DNA of 37,632 bases from an uncultured Thermotogae bacterium. GTDB lineage: Bacteria > Bipolaricaulota > Bipolaricaulia > M55B111. The stretch covers positions 1 to 37,632 of the forward strand of contig CAZDMI010000003.1 in NCBI GenBank assembly GCA_964506635.1. Direction: 5' to 3'. Positions 26,921-37,150 of the stretch are shown piece by piece. The position numbers were made by a program, and so were the translations under genes. Under the pieces are notes generated by a model. The model was not told where the DNA came from and did no database searches. It saw nothing but the letters and a program-made list of their open reading frames with translations. Position 1 is the stretch's first letter, and each line of letters starts with the position of its first letter.

Positions 26921-27886
26921 TCAGCCCCACAGTTTTTCACGGTCAAGTACGGAGGCAACCATACGTTCGACAAGTTCATCGTACTCAATACCAGCCGCCT
27001 CCGCAGCCAGCGGGAGATCACTCATTTCGGTCATGCCCGGTAACGTATTGACCTCCAGAGCGTATGGGTATTCGGCCTCCTCAATCATGAAGTCCACTCT
27101 ACTGTATCCGCGGCAACCAAACTCCTCGTGGGCCCGGACTGCAAGCCGTTTTACTTTCTCGGCCAGTTTATCCTTGACCCGCGCCGGCACGATGAATTCC
27201 GTTTCTCCCGGCGTGTACTTGGCCTTATAATTAAAAAATCTTTCCTGTTTAACTTCCAGCTCCACCAGCGGGAGCGCCTCGGGCTTACCATTGCTTTCCA
27301 GTACACCCACCGTTACCTCTCTCCCCGAAATATAACTTTCTACAAACACTTCTCCGTATTCCTCTTCGACACTACTTAGATCCTCACGCAGTTCATCCTC
27401 GTCGTCGACTACTCTGACACCCCGGCTCGATCCTTCCTTTTGCGGTTTTACTACGACGGGATAGGTTAAGCTCTGATTGACCTGATTCACTAACCCCTCC
27501 AGGTTTCCGCCACTTTTTTCATAGTAAGAAGGGGTGTCGATAGAGGCGCGGTGAAAAGCCCGTTTTGAAGCAAGCTTATCCATGGCAATCGCACTACCGA
27601 GCGGACCCGTGCCGGTATAGGGAATACCCAGCAGGTCGAGCAGAGCCTGGACCGTGCCGTCCTCACCAATCCCACCGTGAAGGGTGTTGAAAACGAGGTC
27701 GGATCCAGTAACCGTATCCAGTATCTCCTCCTCGCTACTGAACTCCCCGCGCATGGGGTTGAATTCGTCTCTACCCCTTTTGAGGGCGTCATAAACCCTG
27801 TTTCCACTATTTAGTGAGACCTCCCTTTCTGAAGACGTCCCACCCATCAAAACGCAAATATCAAGCTCTTCTTCGTTCCGGACCAT
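26921..27886 (-). CDS. ddl: D-alanine--D-alanine ligase
   Basis: GGTSSEREVSL, LHGGIGEDG, GSSRGV, FNYKAKY, RVDF, EVNTLPGMT. Confidence 0.96.
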   Translation of the reverse strand: MVRNEEELDICVLMGGTSSEREVSLNSGNRVYDALKRGRDEFNPMRGEFSSEEEILDTVTGSDLVFNTLHGGIGEDGTVQALLDLLGIPYTGTGPLGSAIAMDKLASKRAFHRASIDTPSYYEKSGGNLEGLVNQVNQSLTYPVVVKPQKEGSSRGVRVVDDEDELREDLSSVEEEYGEVFVESYISGREVTVGVLESNGKPEALPLVELEVKQERFFNYKAKYTPGETEFIVPARVKDKLAEKVKRLAVRAHEEFGCRGYSRVDFMIEEAEYPYALEVNTLPGMTEMSDLPLAAEAAGIEYDELVERMVASVLDREKLWG

Positions 27887-27954
27887 TTAAAATTCCTCTT
27901 GGTTTCTCATCGATTTATTGGAATGAGATATTATAGGGTATATCGACCCTTTCG

Positions 27955-27992
27955 AAAAATAAAAAGCATCCTCCCTTTTCGAGAGGATGCTT
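27955..27992 (-). terminator. Intrinsic terminator downstream of folD
   Basis: 10-bp stem AAGCATCCTC/GAGGATGCTT, followed on the minus strand by a U run. Confidence 0.75.
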
Positions 27993-28037
27993 GTTGACCA
28001 ACTAAATAAAAAAGACCTTACAGGATCAGGCCAACGC

Positions 28038-28919
28038 TCATTTCTGTAGCAGCCTGGCAGCCTTCACAGTATTAGACATTATCAAAGTTGTCGTCATCGG
28101 GCCAACTCCGCCGGGAACCGGCGTAATGGCCGAGGCTTTATCCCTGACGTTTTCGTAATCCACGTCACCTGTTATACCGCTATCCGTGGAATTTATACCC
28201 ACATCTACCACCACCGTTCCCTCGGAAACCATGTCCGCGGTAATGAAGTCCTTTCGGCCAACAGAAGTGCAAAGTACGTCAGCCCTTCTGGTTTTTTCCG
28301 GCAGGTTTTCGGCCTTGTATTCGGTAACTGAAACGGTAGAATAACCTTCCCTGAGGGCTAAAAGTGACAGAGGCAGGCCAACTGCACCACCACCGACTAC
28401 CAGGAACTCCTTCCCGGCAAGTCCGATATCCGAATAATTCAATATTTCCATGACCGCGTAGGGAGTTGCAGGTAACAGCACTTCCGGGTCTTCCTTTAGT
28501 TCCTCGTAACTTGCTCTTGCTGCACCACCGGAAAGCAATTTCCCGCTATTTACCGGGTTGATACAGTCTACGTCCTTTTTTGGGTTGATTTCAGTCCTTA
28601 GCTCTCCTATATCAAGACCCTCCGGGAGCGGTAACTCGATAAAAAGCCCGTGAACCTCCGGATCCTTATTGAGCCCCTTCAACTCCTCCAAGAGCTTTTC
28701 CTTCGATATATCCCCATCCAGCTTTACACCTTTGTACTCTATACCAAGTTCCTCGGCAAGTTTTTTCTTCGTCCGGTAATATACCTTTGCACCCGGATCG
28801 TCACCGACCAGAACGGGAGCTATTGCCGGATCCACTCCTTTACTCTTCAACTCCTTCACGTCTTCCTTTAATTCGTCTCTATAAGTCTCAGCAATCTCGT
28901 TTCCGTCGAGTTCAGTCAT
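28038..28919 (-). CDS. folD: Methylene-THF dehydrogenase (FolD family) with atypical active-site residues
   Basis: YxxxK (YYRTK), KDVD, PATP, VDVGIN, GDVD, TPVPGGVGPMT. Confidence 0.93.
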   Translation of the reverse strand: MTELDGNEIAETYRDELKEDVKELKSKGVDPAIAPVLVGDDPGAKVYYRTKKKLAEELGIEYKGVKLDGDISKEKLLEELKGLNKDPEVHGLFIELPLPEGLDIGELRTEINPKKDVDCINPVNSGKLLSGGAARASYEELKEDPEVLLPATPYAVMEILNYSDIGLAGKEFLVVGGGAVGLPLSLLALREGYSTVSVTEYKAENLPEKTRRADVLCTSVGRKDFITADMVSEGTVVVDVGINSTDSGITGDVDYENVRDKASAITPVPGGVGPMTTTLIMSNTVKAARLLQK

Positions 28920-28936
28920 ACGGCCTCCTTAATCAG

Positions 28937-29503
28937 TTACTCTTTCGATTCACTTATCAGGCTAAGGGCCTCGTCCCTGGCTGCCTTATCCGTCTTAAAT
29001 TTACCTCTTATCGCCGAAGTTACCATCTTCGAACCGGGCTTCTTAACCCCTCTTATAGTCATACAGAGATGAGACGCCCTTATCTTGACGAGGACCCCAT
29101 AAGGCTCTATTTCCTCCATTAATACGTCGGCTACCTGAGAGGTCAATCTTTCCTGTATCTGGGGCCGGCTGGATGCGATCTCAAGCGCCCGGGCCAGTTT
29201 GCTCGCCCCAACGATTCTTCCGTCTTTGGGCATATATACTATACTGGCCTCGCCCAGAATCGGGAGCAGGTGGTGCTCGCAGAGCGACTGAAAAGGGATC
29301 TGATCAAGCACCACCATTTCCTGGTAATCTTCTTGAAAGAAGGTAGAGACCGAGTCACCCGGATACTCGTCTATCCCGGAACAGAGTTCCTCCATCATCC
29401 TACCAACTCTCTCCGGCGTTTCTTTCAAACCGGGTCTATCCGGGTCTTCACCTATACCTTCCAGTATTAATTCCGTTCCCTTGGCAATCTTTTCTTTATC
29501 CAT
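28937..29503 (-). CDS. folE: GTP cyclohydrolase I
   Basis: GLKETPERV, SLCEHH, SKLAR, QIQERLT, HLCMTIRGV. Confidence 0.96.
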   Translation of the reverse strand: MDKEKIAKGTELILEGIGEDPDRPGLKETPERVGRMMEELCSGIDEYPGDSVSTFFQEDYQEMVVLDQIPFQSLCEHHLLPILGEASIVYMPKDGRIVGASKLARALEIASSRPQIQERLTSQVADVLMEEIEPYGVLVKIRASHLCMTIRGVKKPGSKMVTSAIRGKFKTDKAARDEALSLISESKE

Positions 29504-29531
29504 TTATTCTCCCGTCACTATCGAAGTAGAC

Positions 29532-31265
<1,734 letters not shown>

Positions 31266-31343
31266 AAGGGTTCTTTACCTCCTGAATTGATAGTAATTTT
31301 AAAATGTTTTTAGTCTCCACCACGGATCCATTTAATGAGAGAC

Positions 31344-32129
31344 CTAACTGGACCGCTTGTACTGAAGGTAGTTAAGACAGTTCTTGTCCACGCCGAGGAG
31401 AGCCTCAGCTGCCTTCAGCGTATCCATCATTGGCCCGTCGGTCGGATCAATCAATGCTGCGTCCAGACCGGCTTCAAGCAGCATCGCAAAAACAGTTCGG
31501 TTAATCAGCGCTCTATCCGGGAGTCCGAAGGACATGTTACTCAAACCTATGTTCGTCTTGACGTCAAACTCGTCCTTGATTTGCCTGACCGAATCCAGAA
31601 CGTACTGACCCTGCTCTTGATTGCTTCCGATCGTCATTGCAATAACGTCCATGTAAAGCTGGTCCTTATCTATACCCAGTTGTTCGCACTTATCCAGCAG
31701 GGATTCCGTCTCGTTCAACCTATCCTCGACGGTGGTCGGCATTCCTTCCTCTCCCATTGCCAGACCGATTATATCGGCATCGTACCCAGAAGCAATTTCT
31801 CTGGCCTCCGCCTTATCCTCTTCGTTGCTTATGGAGTTAATAACTGGCTTGTTTTCAACCTTTTCCAGGGCAAACTCCAGTACTTCCGGGTCCGGTGTAT
31901 CGATTGCTATCCTAACGTCATCGACCTCGTCTTCCACTAAATCTATTAGCCAGTCCATGTCTTCCTTTTCGTCCTCCATGGACTCACCGGCATTTAGATC
32001 AATTACGTCGGCCCCCGCTTCGTCCTGCTCGCGAGCCAGCTTCCTGATCAAATCCTCGTCTTTTTCCTTCAGGGCCTCCTTTACCTCGTCCCTGGTCGAA
32101 TTGATCAATTCTCCAATTGTTAGAAACAT
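31344..32129 (-). CDS. Methyl-THF:corrinoid protein methyltransferase (AcsE/MT2-like, pterin-binding TIM barrel)
   Basis: IGELINS, GADVIDLN, IAIDT, INSIS, GLSNMSFGLP, GLDAALIDP. Confidence 0.9.
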   Translation of the reverse strand: MFLTIGELINSTRDEVKEALKEKDEDLIRKLAREQDEAGADVIDLNAGESMEDEKEDMDWLIDLVEDEVDDVRIAIDTPDPEVLEFALEKVENKPVINSISNEEDKAEAREIASGYDADIIGLAMGEEGMPTTVEDRLNETESLLDKCEQLGIDKDQLYMDVIAMTIGSNQEQGQYVLDSVRQIKDEFDVKTNIGLSNMSFGLPDRALINRTVFAMLLEAGLDAALIDPTDGPMMDTLKAAEALLGVDKNCLNYLQYKRSS

Positions 32130-32204
32130 CGTTCTTGACCTCCATTTTTTCTTTGAATGTCTAATGTCAGCAGTACTTAATCACTTATTTTTCGATTTAA
32201 TTAC

Positions 32205-32260
32205 AAACAAAAACTCCCCGCCTTGGTCCGGCGAGTCACCCCGACGCATAACGCCGGGAA
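32205..32260 (-). terminator. Tandem hairpins plus U tract after gcvPB (terminator or attenuator)
   Basis: Minus strand reads CCCGGCGU-UAU-GCGUCGGG, then CUCGCC-GGACCAA-GGCGGG, then GAGUUUUUGUUU. Confidence 0.5.
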
Positions 32261-32283
32261 TCTTTTTTACTCGGTAAGCAAAC

Positions 32284-33729
32284 CTATTCTTTTTTCCACC
32301 TTAAGACCGGTTCTCGAGCTGCCTTGGTCTCGTCCAGCCTCCCTACAGGGGTTTCGCTCGGAGCCCCGTGGAGCAAATCCGGGTCTTCCTCTGCCTCCCT
32401 GGCAATTTCTTTCATGGCTTCGGCAAATTCGTCCAGCGCTTCCTTCGATTCGGTTTCCGTTGGTTCCACCATCAAAGCTTCCTTCACTATTAGCGGGAAA
32501 TACACTGTCGGAGGATGGTACCCGTAATCAAGTAGCCTTTTAGCTATATCAACCGTCTTGACGTCTTCCCCGACTTCACTTCCCGACAGGACGAATTCGT
32601 GCTTGCATAATTTATCATAGGCCACGTTGTAGTCCTCTTTAAGTTTTTCCTTTAAGTAATTTGCATTCAGTACGGCATTTCCACTTACATCCCTCAACCC
32701 CTGATCCCCGAGGGCCTTTATATAACTGTAGGCCTTAACCATGACTCCGAAAGGACCAGGAAAACTGTTAACTTTACCGATGGATTCCGGCCTATCGTAG
32801 TCGAATTCGTAGTCACCGTCTTTCTCTTCCACGGTTGGAACCGGCAGGTAAGGAACTAACCGTTCTTTAACCCCAACAGGACCGGCACCTGGACCGCCAC
32901 CGCCGTGCGGAGTGCTGAAAGTCTTGTGCAGGTTAAAGTGAGTTATATCCATCCCTATATCGCCAGGACGAACCCGTCCGAGAAAAGCATTGAGGTTAGC
33001 TCCGTCAAAATAACATAGCCCCCCGGCTTCGTGTACTATATCAGCAACTTCGGTTATGTCCTTTTCAAATATGCCAAGGGTATTTGGGACTGTCAGCATT
33101 ATTCCGGCCGTATCTTCACCCACGGCATCCCTCAGCTGGTCCAGATCTACCGTACCCTCTTCGTTTGATTCGATCTCAACCGCTTCAAAACCAGCTACGG
33201 CAGCAGAAGCCGGATTTGTGCCATGGGAGGAGTCCGGAAGCAGTATCTTACTCCTCTGCTCCAGCCCGTCGTTTTCCGAGTGGTACTTCCTTATCATCAA
33301 CATACCGGTAAGCTCGCCATGAGCCCCGGCAGCCGGTTGAAGAGTAATCCCATCCATGCCGCCGATATCCTTCAGGTACTCCCCGAGCTCGTAAGCAAGC
33401 CTCAGGTTACCCTGAACCACGTCATCGGAAGTCAGTGGATGGTGTCCCGTAAAGCGCTCATCGGTGGCAATATCCTCCATCGGTTTTGGGTTATGCTTCA
33501 TCGTACAGGAACCGAGCGGATAGAGACCATCGTCCACGCCGTAATTCTTCTTGGATAATTTCGTGTAATGCCTGATTAATTCGGGCTGGCTGACCTCCGG
33601 AAGCTCCGGTTCCTCGGAACGAAAAAGCTCCGAGTCAAGTTTCTCTCCCGGTTCATCTTCGCTAAACCGGTCCTCAGGGTAAGCCGTACCCTGTTTTCCT
33701 TCTTCACTCTTATCGTATATCGTCTCCAT
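32284..33729 (-). CDS. gcvPB: Glycine dehydrogenase (decarboxylating) subunit 2
   Basis: YPLGSCTMK, QPAAGAHGE, HGTNPASA, PLP-Lys motif NLHKTFSTPHGGGGPG, EPTETE. Confidence 0.97.
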   Translation of the reverse strand: METIYDKSEEGKQGTAYPEDRFSEDEPGEKLDSELFRSEEPELPEVSQPELIRHYTKLSKKNYGVDDGLYPLGSCTMKHNPKPMEDIATDERFTGHHPLTSDDVVQGNLRLAYELGEYLKDIGGMDGITLQPAAGAHGELTGMLMIRKYHSENDGLEQRSKILLPDSSHGTNPASAAVAGFEAVEIESNEEGTVDLDQLRDAVGEDTAGIMLTVPNTLGIFEKDITEVADIVHEAGGLCYFDGANLNAFLGRVRPGDIGMDITHFNLHKTFSTPHGGGGPGAGPVGVKERLVPYLPVPTVEEKDGDYEFDYDRPESIGKVNSFPGPFGVMVKAYSYIKALGDQGLRDVSGNAVLNANYLKEKLKEDYNVAYDKLCKHEFVLSGSEVGEDVKTVDIAKRLLDYGYHPPTVYFPLIVKEALMVEPTETESKEALDEFAEAMKEIAREAEEDPDLLHGAPSETPVGRLDETKAAREPVLRWKKE

Positions 33730-35073
33730 TCAGTTAACCTCCCCTCTCATTAAATCGACGAAATCATCCATTTCTTCCTTTTTCACCTTCTCAGTCACGG
33801 CAAGCAAGAAACCGTCTTCAACTCCCATTTGCCTGAGTTCCTTCGGGTGAAGCAGGTCTATCCCTTCCTCCTTCATCGCTTCCCAGACTCTGTCGGCGTC
33901 AGCCGCAACCTCGACGGCAAATTCGTTGAAGAAGGGCTGGTCCCAGACCAGGTCAACCCCGGCAATCTTCTCTAGCTCTCCGGCCAGATAATGGGCCCGA
34001 TCCCAGTTCGTCTTTGCCAGGCTCCTGAATCCGCTCGGCCCGAGAGAGGCCAGATAAACGGTGGCCGCCAGGGCGTTTAAGGCCTGGTTTGTACAGATAT
34101 TCGAGGTTGCTCTTTCCCGCTTGATATGCTGTTCCCTGGTCTGTAAAGCCATGACGAAACCTTCGTTGTCTTCGCGGTCTACCGTTTTACCGGATACCCT
34201 GCCGGGCAGGTAGCGAAGATATTTTTTCCTGGTTGCAAATAGGCCCAGCAGCGGGCCGCCAAAACTTATTGGGTTTCCGAGAGGTTGACCCTCTCCAACC
34301 ACGATATCGGCCCCGAAACTACCGGGTGGCTCCAGGACGCCCAGAGACACGGGATTCGTGCTAACTATCAGGAACGAATCGCCCAATTCTTCCTTTAAGC
34401 CAGTCAAATCCTCCACTATACCAAAGTAATTGGGCGACTGAACTACTAGCCCGGCAATGGATTCTTCTTTCGATAGAATGCTTTTTAACTCGGATTTGTC
34501 GATCCGCCCGTTCCTGCTCCCCAGTTCGATCACCTGTTTTTCTTCCAGAGGTAGGTAGGTTTCGATCACGTCTCGGTAGCGAGGGTTCAGGGTTTCCGAG
34601 ACAATTATTTTGTCCCTATCGAAGTATTCCTGCGCCATCAAGACTGCTTCCGCCGCTGAAGAGCCCCCATCGTACATCGACGCATTTGCAATATCCATTC
34701 CCGTTAACTCGGATATTTCCGTCTGGAATTCGAACATCCACGTGAGAGTACCCTGGCTAATTTCCGCCTGATAGGGGGTATAAGCGGAATAGAACTCCGA
34801 CCTTCCAGTGACATGAGAAACTATAGAGGGAATGAAGTGATCGTAAAGCCCGGCACCGACAAGGGTTAATCGGTCGCCGGGCTTATCATTGTCGTCCGCA
34901 ATTTCCTGAACCTCGTCCTTTAACTCCAGCTCGGTTCGTCCCTCTTCGCTAATTAAGTCGGTCTCGACCTTTAACTCTTCTGGGATATCGGAGAAAAGAT
35001 CCTCGAGGGAATCCGCTCCGATACGATCCAACATTTCCCTCTTGTCGTCTTCCGTGCTGGGATTAAAGTCCAT
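33730..35073 (-). CDS. gcvPA: Glycine dehydrogenase (decarboxylating) subunit 1
   Basis: GAGLYDH, YTPYQAEISQG, NASMYDG, FGGP, REQHIKRERATSNICTNQAL. Confidence 0.97.
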   Translation of the reverse strand: MDFNPSTEDDKREMLDRIGADSLEDLFSDIPEELKVETDLISEEGRTELELKDEVQEIADDNDKPGDRLTLVGAGLYDHFIPSIVSHVTGRSEFYSAYTPYQAEISQGTLTWMFEFQTEISELTGMDIANASMYDGGSSAAEAVLMAQEYFDRDKIIVSETLNPRYRDVIETYLPLEEKQVIELGSRNGRIDKSELKSILSKEESIAGLVVQSPNYFGIVEDLTGLKEELGDSFLIVSTNPVSLGVLEPPGSFGADIVVGEGQPLGNPISFGGPLLGLFATRKKYLRYLPGRVSGKTVDREDNEGFVMALQTREQHIKRERATSNICTNQALNALAATVYLASLGPSGFRSLAKTNWDRAHYLAGELEKIAGVDLVWDQPFFNEFAVEVAADADRVWEAMKEEGIDLLHPKELRQMGVEDGFLLAVTEKVKKEEMDDFVDLMRGEVN

Positions 35074-35086
35074 AAGGAGTCCTTAA

Positions 35087-35728
35087 TTAATTGGTGTTCG
35101 TCATATCTTTAACCAAATTTACCGCCGCAGCGGCGTCCGCAGCGTAACCGTCCGCACCAATTTCGTCGGCATAGTCCTGAGAGACCGGTGCACCACCTAT
35201 GGCTACATCAACTTGCTCCCTGACACCTTCCTCTTCCAGTGCCTCGATGACGTCCGGCATATGGGTCATGGTAGTTGTCAGCAGGGCCGACATACCGAGG
35301 ACGTTTGCATCGTTTTCCTTAACCGCCTCTACGAACTCTTCTGCAGGAGTTTCCGCACCAAGGTTGGTTACTTCAAAACCGGCACCTTCGAGCATCATGC
35401 TAACGAGGTTTTGGCCGATGTCGTGGAGGTCCCCTTCCACTGTACCCAGAACCACGATACCTGCCGGTTCAACTCCTGATTCCGCCAGCAGAGGCCGTAA
35501 CAACCCCATTGCTCCCTTCATTGCTTCCGCGGAAAGTAGCATCTCCGGCACGTAACGCTCACCTTTCTCGTACTCTTCGCCCACCTCATCCATTGCAGGT
35601 ACCAGTGAATCGTTGAGGATAACCTCGGGGTCCATCCCCTCATCGATGGCTTCTTCCGTAAGTTCCACCGTGGTATCCTCGTCCATGTCAAATACGGCCT
35701 GTCCTAAATCTTCAAGTAAGTCGCTCAT
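35087..35728 (-). CDS. Methyltransferase-cognate corrinoid (B12-binding) protein, MttC/MtqC-like
   Basis: N-terminal cap domain plus GTVEGDLHDIG (DxHxxG), MSALLTTT and IGGAPV; 213 aa. Confidence 0.93.
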   Translation of the reverse strand: MSDLLEDLGQAVFDMDEDTTVELTEEAIDEGMDPEVILNDSLVPAMDEVGEEYEKGERYVPEMLLSAEAMKGAMGLLRPLLAESGVEPAGIVVLGTVEGDLHDIGQNLVSMMLEGAGFEVTNLGAETPAEEFVEAVKENDANVLGMSALLTTTMTHMPDVIEALEEEGVREQVDVAIGGAPVSQDYADEIGADGYAADAAAAVNLVKDMTNTN

Positions 35729-35777
35729 TCTAACATAAACCTCCTTGTTTTATGTCGTTGTTCTAAATCTTGAAACC

Positions 35778-35805
35778 ATTATATCCTTTCTATATTGGCT
35801 TACAA
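35778..35805 (-). promoter_or_regulatory. Putative promoter of the corrinoid-gcvP unit
   Basis: Minus strand TTGTAA-N16-TATAAT, about 50 nt upstream of the start codon. Confidence 0.5.
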
Positions 35806-35812
35806 GGAATTA

Positions 35813-35833
35813 CGTGGGATATTTTATCCCACG
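35813..35833. promoter_or_regulatory. Palindromic operator candidate CGTGGGATA-TTT-TATCCCACG
   Basis: Perfect 9-bp arms with a 3-nt spacer, immediately upstream of the putative -35. Confidence 0.6.
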
Positions 35834-36073
35834 GATAAGGTGGGTCCTTAAACACTTATTGCCTGATACGCAAAGTATTATTCGGGAAGCTGTGATACCC
35901 GATTAATCATCACGAGTGGCTTACCACCAATTGAAATGGATTAACGTAGGATACAATGCTGAAAAGGGGAAGGTCCACCGTTATCTGATTCCGAAACTTG
36001 TATCTAAAACCGCTCTGTCTCCAATAAATCAGACTAGAAGTCAACCAATCCGCTAAAAAATACTTAAGAATTA

Positions 36074-36119
36074 TTCCGGGCCGTTTTTCGGGGAAAGTAG
36101 TGGTCCAACCGGCCCGGAA
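36074..36119. other. GC-rich inverted repeat just after the stop of the divergent OpuAC-like gene
   Basis: TTCCGGGCCG/CGGCCCGGAA, 10-bp arms around a 26-nt loop; possible 3' end structure. Confidence 0.4.
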
Positions 36120-36128
36120 GGCCACCGA

Positions 36129-37031
36129 TTAAAGGGATTCCACTCCTTCGAGCCAGTACTTTACAAGCTGATCATGGTTGTCTATAAACTTCTTTGCGGC
36201 CGCATCCGGATCCCTATCGTGCATAAGAACCAGTTCGCTTACCAGATCAATCGGTAAGTAGAATCGGCTCAAGAATTCCGTTACTTCGCTCGGAAAAGCC
36301 GCCATAAGGTCACTCCTTCCGACAAGGTGAACGCTTTGTTCGTCGGTTAATTTATTGATGAACCTAACATCGTAAAGACTGTAGGCGACACTTGGTCTCT
36401 TCATCGTCGTCACGATCCACTCATCATTCATCGTGGTCATATCCAGTTCCTGGTTTGCGACCATTTCACTCAGAACGACCAACCTATAAGCCTTCAAAAA
36501 TTCGTTGTCCTCGATTACCTCTCTCGATAGTTTCACTAAATTGTCCTTGGACTCGTAGGTTACTATCTCACCGTGCAAGCGCCTCTTCACCTCGGAATCT
36601 TCTAAGTCGACCAGAGAACCCAGTTTTTCCTCTGCTACGTAATTTGGCACTGCCCATCCCTTCATAACGTCTTCGTAAATCGGGCCGAGGTTACATAACC
36701 GATCAAGAGGGTAATTCCAGGCTACTTTTTCGGACGGCGGTAGATTCAGCCCAATAAAAAGATCACCCTTTTTATTCACTACCTTTTTTAACCCTACATC
36801 CGAATACTGAACGTTTTTGTCCACCTTTAATCCTAATTCGGATTCAAGTAAAAAAGAAAGCAGGTGACCTATCGGTAGATGTTCCGTTTCCGGAGTTATA
36901 TAGAGATCCACTTTACCTTCCGCACCTTCCGCGGCGAGTCCAGTTACCGAAAAAAGGGAACCCAGAATAACCGTAATCAAGATAAAAGCTGTTAAGGCAC
37001 CGCTGCGGAAAAAACTTGACCCCTTACTCAT
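36129..37031 (-). CDS. Divergent OpuAC/ProX-family substrate-binding protein
   Basis: Signal peptide, GWAVPNYV, NDEWIVT, and a C-terminus FLSRFYLPI...YWLEGVESL clearly paralogous to the upstream gene. Confidence 0.8.
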   Translation of the reverse strand: MSKGSSFFRSGALTAFILITVILGSLFSVTGLAAEGAEGKVDLYITPETEHLPIGHLLSFLLESELGLKVDKNVQYSDVGLKKVVNKKGDLFIGLNLPPSEKVAWNYPLDRLCNLGPIYEDVMKGWAVPNYVAEEKLGSLVDLEDSEVKRRLHGEIVTYESKDNLVKLSREVIEDNEFLKAYRLVVLSEMVANQELDMTTMNDEWIVTTMKRPSVAYSLYDVRFINKLTDEQSVHLVGRSDLMAAFPSEVTEFLSRFYLPIDLVSELVLMHDRDPDAAAKKFIDNHDQLVKYWLEGVESL

Positions 37032-37073
37032 ATTAGCCTCCCTGAAGAAAGTTGTTTATTGAAATGGCCAGGA

Positions 37074-37112
37074 AAATAAAAAAAGGGTGGAAGGTTTTAA
37101 ACCTCCCACCCT
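37074..37112 (-). terminator. Intrinsic terminator between the two binding-protein genes
   Basis: Minus strand AGGGUGGGAGGU-UUAAA-ACCUUCCACCCU followed by a U run. Confidence 0.8.
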
Positions 37113-37150
37113 AGATGGAAAAGACCGCTACGTTTTTCTACTTCCAAAGA

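Noticed and set aside
26921-27886. Ddl as a Van-type D-Ala-D-Lac ligase
   Set aside because: The omega loop has Tyr (NYKAKY), typical of D-Ala-D-Ala ligases, and no van genes are nearby.
31344-35728. Pyrrolysine or selenocysteine recoding in the methyltransferase cluster
   Set aside because: All proteins reach their expected family length at their first stop, and no pyl or sel genes are in the window.
35834-36128. Cobalamin, glycine or c-di-AMP riboswitch upstream of the corrinoid gene, and the 71-aa ORF 35910-36125
   Set aside because: No B12 box or glycine aptamer core is visible on the minus strand. The AAAAGGGGAAG stretch is on the wrong strand, and the predicted promoter lies downstream of this region. 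The ORF has no RBS or recognisable features. An Rfam scan would be decisive.
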